A DNA stretch of 32,000 nucleotides from positions 1,800,001-1,832,000 of the forward strand of contig NC_000917.1 of assembly GCF_000008665.1 (NCBI RefSeq), read 5' to 3'. The number at the start of each line of letters is the position of its first letter. Within the stretch, counting starts at the first letter, position 1. Shown in pieces: positions 22,966 to 30,161 of the stretch. This DNA comes from Archaeoglobus fulgidus DSM 4304 (GTDB lineage: Archaea > Halobacteriota > Archaeoglobi > Archaeoglobales > Archaeoglobaceae). The position numbers and the translations under genes were made by a program. The notes under the pieces were generated by a model. The model ran no database searches. It was not told the DNA's origin and saw only the letters and a program-made list of their open reading frames with translations.

Positions 22966-24439
22966 CTCTCAACAGCAAGGGCACACATCCGTTCCTTACG
23001 GCTATTTCCGCCACCTCCTTTTTAGTCGTTGCCAGCGGCCTCTTTATCATAATCGCCGCAGCAATAGACTCTGCATGTTCCCTTCTCAACCCCATACCCA
23101 CGAACCTCTCAACCAGTTCTTCATCAGGCGTTATAATAATGCTTCCTGGCAACGCGTTTGATGGGGTGGTGTATATTCTTCTGCCATAAGCTCTCAGAAG
23201 AGCGTAGTTCTGGGCGTTGACGGCATCAGAGGTAACCACAACACCCCTCCTCGTCATTAAGGGGACGAAGACAATGGACATGAAGAGGGCGTAGGCTGCT
23301 GGTAGCATCATGGCTATGTATCCTTCAACGATTTCAGCAGGAATTTCGGGGACGGTTATTGCAGGCAGTGAAACGGATACCGGCAGAGAAATCGGCTGGG
23401 GTTGAGCTGGAGGTTGAACTGGAGGCTGCACTGGTGGTTGAGCGGGTGGTTGCACGGGCGGTAGCACTGGAGGTGGCGGGCCACCTCCACCACCTCCTCC
23501 GCCACCGCCGCCTCCGGGGGGCGTGAACTGGTAGCCAAGACCTTTCAGCACAGCTTCACCCACGATGTAGTTACCATCAGAAAATGTTGCAGGGAAAATC
23601 GTTACCTCGCACTGCCCTGCCAGCCTTGCCTTTGCCCTTGCGTAGAAAACGGGTGTTTTGTCACTCTCCACAACGCTCTGGAATGTTTTGTTCTCTCCTG
23701 CCGAAAGCTGGAAGGTTTCATTGTAAAGCGATTCTCTGTCGGTGAAGGTGTAGTCATCTATCTTCAGCACATACCACGCCTCAAAGCTAACATTCACATC
23801 CTGAGCGAGCGGGTTCTGAATGCGGAAGGTAGCATACCATTCATTTCCAGCTCTCTTCTTCTCAATTGAGAGAAGCAGCTCAACACCATACTCAACCGGC
23901 ACCGAGTCTTTCAGCTTGAATGCGAGAATTGAGTCGGAGATTTCACCTGAGTATCCTGACACGAGGATGGAGAAGGACTTCTCACCTCCAGCAGGGATGG
24001 TTGAGTGGAAGGTCAGCGTATCTCCAGCCTGACAGCCAATGCAGCTTAGAAAATTGGCAGGCTTTGGAATTTCAATGCTGACATCAACATCTCTACTGTA
24101 GCTGTTTTTGATGGTGTAGATGATGTTAACAGCCCCTCCCTGAAGATTTGCAGTGTGTGTGATTGAGAGGGGGAAATTTTGGGGGCTTAGCGTTTTGTAG
24201 GGGTCTATTTTGAGGTTGGAATTGGCTGGGATGAGAGGGATGTAAACGAAGTCGTTTCTGTAGGAGAGGTTAACGTCGTAGAGGTTGAAGGGGTAGGGGT
24301 TGGTGAAGTTGACAACCATCCAGTCCCTTCCGACCTCCTGAGTGGCATTGGGGTAAAAAACCACCTCCCTTATCTCGTAAATGCATGCCATTGAGGGATA
24401 AATCAGGAGGAGCAGGGAGAGAAAAGCCAAGAGTCTCAT
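22958..24439 (-). CDS. Type I membrane protein: signal peptide, beta-rich ectodomain, Gly12/Pro-rich stalk, TM helix and a roughly 110-aa cytoplasmic domain
   Basis: I place the start at ATG 24439 (MRLLAFLSLLLLIYPSMA, a signal peptide). This ATG forms an ATGA overlap with the upstream stop. The track extension to 24592 lies inside the upstream gene. The ectodomain has 6 N-x-S/T sequons and CARDB/DUF11-like strands (IPAGGEKSFSILV). The TM segment is GYIAMMLPAAYALFMSIVFVPLM. Confidence 0.65.
   Translation of the reverse strand: MRLLAFLSLLLLIYPSMACIYEIREVVFYPNATQEVGRDWMVVNFTNPYPFNLYDVNLSYRNDFVYIPLIPANSNLKIDPYKTLSPQNFPLSITHTANLQGGAVNIIYTIKNSYSRDVDVSIEIPKPANFLSCIGCQAGDTLTFHSTIPAGGEKSFSILVSGYSGEISDSILAFKLKDSVPVEYGVELLLSIEKKRAGNEWYATFRIQNPLAQDVNVSFEAWYVLKIDDYTFTDRESLYNETFQLSAGENKTFQSVVESDKTPVFYARAKARLAGQCEVTIFPATFSDGNYIVGEAVLKGLGYQFTPPGGGGGGGGGGGGPPPPVLPPVQPPAQPPVQPPVQPPAQPQPISLPVSVSLPAITVPEIPAEIVEGYIAMMLPAAYALFMSIVFVPLMTRRGVVVTSDAVNAQNYALLRAYGRRIYTTPSNALPGSIIITPDEELVERFVGMGLRREHAESIAAAIMIKRPLATTKKEVAEIAVRNGCVPLLLRGG
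23398..23521 (-). repeat. Coding low-complexity tract: PP-G12-PPPP followed by five PPxQ-type quartets (VLPPVQPPAQPPVQPPVQPPAQPQP)
   Basis: Hand translation of the minus strand. The twelve Gly codons span 23480-23515 with mixed GGN codons, followed by imperfect 12-nt CCNCCNGYNCAR repeats. Confidence 0.85.
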
Positions 24440-25137
24440 TTCCTCAACCCTAAGACAAGCAGAATCACAGCCAATGCGAGCAGCGCTCCCCAGAAGACCA
24501 CGTAACCCCTCACCGGCATCGCTGGTAAGGGCAGAAGCGAGAACTCTGCGGTAAAGAAGGCTATGCTTCCCGCTGGAAGACTTCCCTTCCACATGGGAGT
24601 GTTCTCTGCCGGCGGTTCTGCGTAGGTGAGCTTCCAGTCTGAGTTGACATTGATTTCGAGATTTTTGATGTCCGTGTCGGTGCCAAGGGGTATTGTTACG
24701 GACTTGAAGAGCAAGCCACTGTCAACGATGTCAGCATCATACTCCACGGTGAAGTTCAACTCCCCTTTCGGCTCTATGGGATACCATATCTCGTAAACAA
24801 TCAGCGTGTAGTCCTCCTTCTCCTCAACAGTCACCTTGAAGTTTCTGTTCTCGGAGTAAGCTTTGACATTATAAACCTTCACCGGCTTCCTCTCATCGGT
24901 AAAGGGGATGGAGAGAAAGCCAACCTTAACAGGCTCAGCTTTCTGGAGCCTTATCTCCCCAATACCCGGAACAACGGGCTTGTCAATCAGATTTTTAAGG
25001 GTGACGTCGTAGCGAACATGGGCGAGGGTATCAACATCAACAGTAATCTTGAAATTGGAAATTTCCTCAACCTTCTGAGCCTGAACGGTAGGCAAAATCA
25101 GCAGAAGCGCTATTACCACCCAAACCCTTGCCATCAT
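24436..25137 (-). CDS. Secreted, C-terminally anchored protein (233 aa), beta-sandwich-like
   Basis: It has a signal peptide MMARVWVVIALLLILPTVQA and a C-terminal TM segment YVVFWGALLALAVILLVLGLRK. It has no recognisable catalytic motif. Confidence 0.6.
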   Translation of the reverse strand: MMARVWVVIALLLILPTVQAQKVEEISNFKITVDVDTLAHVRYDVTLKNLIDKPVVPGIGEIRLQKAEPVKVGFLSIPFTDERKPVKVYNVKAYSENRNFKVTVEEKEDYTLIVYEIWYPIEPKGELNFTVEYDADIVDSGLLFKSVTIPLGTDTDIKNLEINVNSDWKLTYAEPPAENTPMWKGSLPAGSIAFFTAEFSLLPLPAMPVRGYVVFWGALLALAVILLVLGLRK

Positions 25138-25156
25138 GCTAAAAAAAGGGGAGAAA

Positions 25157-25166
25157 ATTTAAAAAA
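25157..25166 (-). promoter_or_regulatory. Internal TATA-like element (TTTTTTAAAT on the minus strand) plus a T7 tract between the 600-aa and 233-aa genes
   Basis: Centred about 24 nt upstream of ATG 25137. A CCCTTTTTTT tract (25141-25150) lies immediately after it. This suggests the large glycoprotein gene is terminated or attenuated here and the three downstream genes can be transcribed separately. Confidence 0.35.
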
Positions 25167-26969
25167 TTAACTTCTCCTTCTGTAACCCACAACTGCCGTC
25201 AACCCAACAAGGGCTGTTGCGAGAGCCATGACGGACTCGTAGCTCGTCGCCTTGGCACCGCTGACGAGGGTGATTTTTGGCGATGTCTGCTCGTTCATTG
25301 AGAGGATGGGGTCAATACCCACAATGAATGCGTCGAGGAGCTTGTAGTCTTCGCTACCCTGAATCTGGTAGAAGATTACGACTGTCTGGTTGTTTTCGAT
25401 TTCGGTGTAGTCGTCGTAAGCGCCATCCCCATCTGCGCTGGCGTTAATGGGGCGTATTCTCCACCAGTAACCGGTGTCGTATCCTGACAATTGAATGTTA
25501 GTTATAGTTTCAGGACCTCCAGCAAGCATAGAAGATTTGTTGACCCAGTCTCCATCCCTATCCTGCGGGTCTTTCCAGTCATTATCTCCATTGGTCAGTG
25601 AGAAATTCTTCGGAATCAGGTCGTAAACATAGACGTATGGTGATTCCTGCCCTCCAAGGTTCTCCACGACAAGGGTTATGTTGTAAATGTCATTGCCCGC
25701 TGACTCCACGTGCTTTGTAACCTTCACAAGGTAGCTGCCGATGACGTAGATTCTTTCGATGATGTAGGTGTTGCCACCGTCTGTGATTTTATCCTGCCCA
25801 ACTCCCCATCCGTAGTTGGCATCTTCAACCAGCCTGAAGGTCACGTTGCCCCAGATGATTGGGACTTTGTCATATTGGAAGCTAAGGTCTTTTGAAGTGA
25901 AGCTCTCATCCCTTCCAATTTGTACATTTACAGTTGTATTCTCGTATCTTGCGCCATTAATTTCATTGTAATTCCGATCAGTCGCCCACACCTTCACGCT
26001 CTTCACGATATAAGTAAGTCCTGTTGCAGTGTTCTTTATCGTAACATTCCCTGTCCACTGGTTGCTGTTATCAGGCCCGCTCTTGTTAACACCAATGCTC
26101 GCATTGCCGATTGCAAAGACGTCAATTATCTTTGTACCGCTGATGTTTCCGTTTATGGGTCCAAACTGGAAATAAGCTTCACCGAATCCGACCAGTCTTG
26201 ATACGAACGCTTCGTCTGTGGAGTAATTGCCTTTAACTTTGAAGGTCGTGGTTAACCATTTATTGTTGTCAAGAGTTCCACTTATTATTTGTTTAGGATT
26301 AGAACTACCATCCGCAAATTCTAAAGTCTTCCAGTTAGTGTCATAACTCGTATTCAAGTTCTTGTTCACAGTCAGGGTTACTGAAGATGGTTTGCCTCCC
26401 AACCCCGTGCTACTCCACCACGTATCATTCAGCGAAACGTTGAAGTAAACCGTCCAAGTGTAGTCTCCACCCTTAGGAATCTTTGCGGGGTCGTATTTCT
26501 CCTCTACGATGAAAGGTGCACCATTTTGTATTTCTGGTGTCTCGGTAACATCATAGGCAACGTATTTTGACTCTCCCGGTCCCAGCCTCGGTATGTGGAT
26601 AATACAATCTGCACCTGATGTATCAAATCCTCCCTCGTTTGTGAGTTTACTTGGCACATCGCCTGAATCTAGTATCTGAACGCCCGTTGATATTGCACTA
26701 CACGATCCATCATTCAACCCAATATCAACCGCCACCCAGATGTCCATTATATCCTCATTAGCATTGTTTGTCACATTGATAATCCCTTTAACATCCGTTT
26801 GATATTCAAAAGTCCCCACTCCGTTCGCCGCGTCAGTCATGTTTATCGTACTATTCACCCTCTCCTCGATGCTCACCTCTAATGGCGCCGCTGAAGTGTT
26901 AATGGTAATAATTGTGAGTACAATAATCATCGCTACGAGCCCTATTTTTCCCAATCTCCCAGCTGACAT
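25167..26969 (-). CDS. Large surface glycoprotein candidate (S-layer or adhesin-like), 600 aa, signal peptide plus C-terminal TM anchor
   Basis: I place the start at ATG 26969 ([28 protein letters not shown]), 26 nt from a TATA box; the track start at 27026 would include the promoter. My hand count finds about 18 N-x-S/T sequons in the mature part. The C-terminus is [21 protein letters not shown]. It is Asn/Thr/Gly/Tyr-rich, with no Cys pairs or enzyme motifs. Confidence 0.6.
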
Positions 26970-26990
26970 GCTCGTAATGGTGATAAGCAT

Positions 26991-27000
26991 ATATAAAAAA
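26991..27000 (-). promoter_or_regulatory. TATA box (TTTTTTATAT on the minus strand) for the surface glycoprotein gene
   Basis: Centred about 26 nt upstream of ATG 26969, giving a leaderless arrangement. Confidence 0.45.
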
Positions 27001-27085
27001 TTTTCGAGTTTTTGAATACATCGCAAATGAAGAATATAAACCCCACCGGAAACGTTTAATACTTCCTCGATTTTTTGATTCTGAA

Positions 27086-28507
27086 ATGACCGAAAACGGC
27101 AGGTACGAGTACATAGTCATTGGCAGCGAAGCTGCCGGTGTAGGTCTTGTTAGAGAGCTGACTGCTGCGGGCAAAAAAGTTCTTGCCGTTGATAAGTCCA
27201 AGGAAAAAATCGAGCTGCTCGAAGACGAGGGGTTCGACGCTGTAATTGCTGATCCGACCGATGAGAGCTTTTACAGAAGCCTCGACCTGGAGGGAGTTTC
27301 TGCCGTGCTCATCACAGGCTCGGATGATGAGTTCAACCTTAAAATCCTAAAAGCGCTGCGCAGCGTTTCCGATGTGTACGCCATCGTAAGAGTTTCTTCT
27401 CCCAAAAAGAAGGAGGAGTTCGAGGAGGCTGGGGCAAACCTCGTGGTGCTTGTGGCCGATGCCGTAAAGCAGGCGTTCATGGACAAAATAAAGAAGATGG
27501 AGACTCTGAAGAAGATAGAAAAGCTCAAGAGAATAATGGAGTCGCTGAGAGGCAAGAGGCTCGGCATCTTCACCCACGACAATCCCGATCCGGATTCGAT
27601 GTCGTCGGCCTACGCCCTGAGGGAAATAGCCAAGCAGTTCGACGTGATTGCGGACATCCTTTACTACGGAGAGATTCTTCATCAGAAAAACAGGGCGATG
27701 GTCAATCTTCTTGAAATACCTATGATCCGGGCTCCGGAAGTTGACTTAAGCCACTATGATGCGTTTGCAATCGTCGATTCTTCCGGGCCGGGCGTCAACA
27801 ACTCTATTCCCCCAGACATAGACATCTCCATCGTAATCGACCACCATCCTGCCGAGAAGGTCGTGGCGGAGTTCGTTGACCTCAGAGAGGACGTGGGTGC
27901 AACAGCTACAATCCTTACAGAGTACATAAAGGAGCTGAAGATAACTCCTAGCAAGATTCTCGCAACCGCGCTCTTCTTCGGAATAAAAAGCGAAACGGAC
28001 GAGTTCAAGAGGAACACCAGAACCGCAGACTTCTTGGCCTGCGCCTTCCTTTACCCCTTCGTTGATCAGGATTTGATAGAGAAAATAGAGAGCCCTTCAA
28101 TCTCAACGGAGACGCTCGACATTCTGGGCACCGCAATCAAAAACCGGCAGGTTTACTCCAGCTTTCTCATCAGCTTTGCGGGGTTCATCAACGACAGGGA
28201 TGCCCTCCCCCAAGCAGCAGATTTTCTGCTGAAGCTTGAAGGCATTTCCACCGTAGTCGTTTTCGGCGTGATAAAGGACACGGTTTACGTCTCCGCCAGA
28301 AACAAGGACGTTAGAATCCACATGGGAGAGGTGCTCAGGAGGGCTTTTGGGGACGTCGGAAGTGCCGGTGGACACGCACATGCTGCGGGAGCGCAAATTC
28401 CGCTCGGAATCTTCGGAGAGACGAACGAAAAGGACTTGCTCGCCAAGCTGATAACGGAGGCAATTACAAAGAGGCTGCTTTCGGCAGTGGGAATGGAGCA
28501 GAGCTAA
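27086..28507 (+). CDS. Fusion protein: TrkA-N (RCK N-terminal, NAD-binding Rossmann) domain plus DHH/DHHA1 phosphoesterase (NrnA-like)
   Basis: 473-aa ORF. The TrkA-N pattern is [28 protein letters not shown]...[10 protein letters not shown]...[14 protein letters not shown]. After a coiled linker come the DHH motifs [21 protein letters not shown] and the DHHA1 motif [14 protein letters not shown]-like TTTAATA (27055-27061) lies 28 nt upstream. Confidence 0.75.
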
Positions 28508-28515
28508 ATTTAAAT
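28506..28515 (+). promoter_or_regulatory. TATA box (AAATTTAAAT) for iorB
   Basis: It overlaps the stop of the upstream gene and is centred about 28 nt before ATG 28539, implying an own leaderless promoter. Confidence 0.45.
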
Positions 28516-28538
28516 GCCCAGTTCAAAACTGAGGCTGG

Positions 28539-29144
28539 ATGAGGCTGAACATAGTCGTCGTTGGTGTTGGCGGGCAGGGAGCTCTCACAACTTCGGGGAT
28601 AATAGCAAGGGCAGCGATGAGGGCCGGATTGAATGTGGTCACCGCTGAAACCCACGGGATGGCCCAAAGGGGGGGAAGTGTTGAGGTTCACGTGAGAATC
28701 GGAGACGTCAGGGCCCCACTAATCCCGGAAGGCGGGGCGGATGTGATGATCGCTCTTGAGCCTGCTGAGGCTCTACGCTACGCGAAGTTTCTTAACAAAA
28801 ACACTCTCGTTATACTCAACACGAGAAAGATCATCCCCCCTTCCGTTACCGCAGGGACGGCAAAATATCCCGAGCTGGATGAGATTATCGGCGAGCTGAG
28901 AAAAGTTACTCCGAGAGTTATACCCGTAAACGCTTCAGAAATTGCGGAAAAGGCTGGAAGTGTGCTGGCAACAAATGTCGTCGTTGTGGGGATGCTTTTC
29001 GGCTATTACAGCATGCCCTTCGGTATCGAGCACGTCGAGGAGGCAATAAGAGAGACGATGAAGAGCAAAATCGTTGACCTTAACCTGAAAGCATTAAAAA
29101 TGGGGTATAATCAGGCTATATCAGGCCGGCCCTCTGCAGTATGA
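28539..29144 (+). CDS. iorB: Indolepyruvate:ferredoxin oxidoreductase beta subunit family (2-oxoacid oxidoreductase gamma-type domain)
   Basis: 201-aa ORF with the N-terminal NIVVVGVGGQGALTTSGIIARAAMRAGLNVVTAETHGMAQRGGSV block characteristic of IorB/POR-gamma proteins. Confidence 0.8.
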   Translation: MRLNIVVVGVGGQGALTTSGIIARAAMRAGLNVVTAETHGMAQRGGSVEVHVRIGDVRAPLIPEGGADVMIALEPAEALRYAKFLNKNTLVILNTRKIIPPSVTAGTAKYPELDEIIGELRKVTPRVIPVNASEIAEKAGSVLATNVVVVGMLFGYYSMPFGIEHVEEAIRETMKSKIVDLNLKALKMGYNQAISGRPSAV

Positions 29145-29976
29145 GCAAGTCCTCAGTTTCTATTTTCTCCCCTCTCTTGAACATCTCGTAGATTTCCTTC
29201 GCCCTTCTTATCAGCTCTTCCTTCTCCCTCTGCTCCTTGGTCTTGACCTGCTTCGACTTCAGGGCCTTTATGACCTTCTCAAGGTCCTTGATGTCCTTTC
29301 TCCTCTTTATTGCCTCGTTGTGGCACCTGTCCGCCTCCTTCTTGCTTTCGATGAATTTCTCATGCATTTCATCCGCAAGCTTCCTCATCTCGTCAATCTC
29401 GCTGAACATCTGAGTCAGCTGCTCATGGTACTTGTCAGCCTCTTCAGCATAGGCTTTCAGCTCGTTCAGCAGCTCCCTTGCCTGATCCTTCAGCTCCCTT
29501 ATTCTTGAAATCAGTCTCTTGAACTCCTCATGCCTCTCAAGCTGAGCCTTCCTCTCCTCCAGCTCCTTTCTGAGCTTCGCAATCCTCTCGACCAGAGCCC
29601 TCTCCTTCTCTATTGTAAGCACGGCTGTCTGCTGCTTGAACTCCAGGCGCCTGATTTCCTTTTCAATCTCTCCCAGCGGCCTGCCTCCCTTATCGATGCT
29701 CCTTCTGAGCTTGTCCACTTCCTTGTAAAGCGCATCGACTTCCTTGAAGATTTCATTCCTCTTCGCCCTAATCTCCTTTACCTTTGCGTTCAGCTCGTCC
29801 CTCTTTGCCTTTACCTCTTTTGTGGCAGCGAGCATCTCCCTGACTTTCTTGTTGAGCTCGTCTCTTCTATTTGCGTACTCCCTCGCGGCGGCGTTTAGCT
29901 CATCCCTCTTCTTTATGAAATCCTGAAGCTCCTTCTCAAGTTGCTCTTTCCTTTCCTCCAACTTCTCCAGCATCAT
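29116..29976 (-). CDS. Archaeal all-coiled-coil protein (COG1340-like)
   Basis: 286-aa ORF, Glu/Lys/Arg/Leu-rich throughout. It has recurring RDELNxKVxE heptad-type blocks and no nucleotide-binding motif. Its 3' end overlaps convergent iorB by 29 nt. Confidence 0.6.
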   Translation of the reverse strand: MMLEKLEERKEQLEKELQDFIKKRDELNAAAREYANRRDELNKKVREMLAATKEVKAKRDELNAKVKEIRAKRNEIFKEVDALYKEVDKLRRSIDKGGRPLGEIEKEIRRLEFKQQTAVLTIEKERALVERIAKLRKELEERKAQLERHEEFKRLISRIRELKDQARELLNELKAYAEEADKYHEQLTQMFSEIDEMRKLADEMHEKFIESKKEADRCHNEAIKRRKDIKDLEKVIKALKSKQVKTKEQREKEELIRRAKEIYEMFKRGEKIETEDLLILQRAGLI

Positions 29977-30161
29977 GCTCTCACAACAGCGTTTTTTTGA
30001 AGAACTCTGAAGTCACTTAACAGCCATTTCAAAAGCTGGATTTAAACTTTTCTCTTGTTTGCTTCCGTGCTGGTGCTGCCCGCTAAAACGAATGATAACT
30101 CTCATCACTTTAATTGTTATGATGGGAAAACTTTTTACCTGACGCATCAAAGTAGAAAATA

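Noticed and set aside
23398-23521. Periodic G/C-rich DNA repeat that could be mistaken for a CRISPR-like or satellite array
   Set aside because: The periodicity is 3 and 12 nt, lies inside a long open reading frame, and translates to Gly12 plus PPxQ repeats. There are no spacers and no flanking cas genes. It is coding low complexity.
24440-24592. N-terminal 51-codon extension of the 544-aa track ORF
   Set aside because: It lies inside the upstream 233-aa gene in another frame. The internal ATG at 24439 gives a classical signal peptide and an ATGA stop/start overlap.
26970-27026. N-terminal 19-codon extension of the 619-aa track ORF
   Set aside because: The extension contains the TATA box itself (26991-27000). 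ATG 26969 starts a canonical signal peptide with a charged n-region followed by a hydrophobic core.
27037-27085. ATGAAGA ... CTGA pair in the divergent intergenic region as a possible C/D-box sRNA
   Set aside because: The C box has a mismatch in the conserved UGAUGA core and there are no internal D'/C' boxes. The region is better explained by the two divergent promoters.
29116-29976. Coiled-coil protein as an SMC/Rad50-like or segregation partner of the actin-like cassette
   Set aside because: It has no Walker A/B or signature motifs and no globular head domains. It lies 9 kb away on the other side of unrelated genes. I treat it as a stand-alone conserved archaeal coiled-coil protein.
30105-30150. 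C/D-box sRNA-like motifs (ATGATGG ... CTGA) upstream of the PAS gene
   Set aside because: Only one imperfect C box and one D box are present, 17 nt apart. There are no C'/D' pair and no terminal stem, and the element is too short (about 30 nt) for a C/D sRNA.
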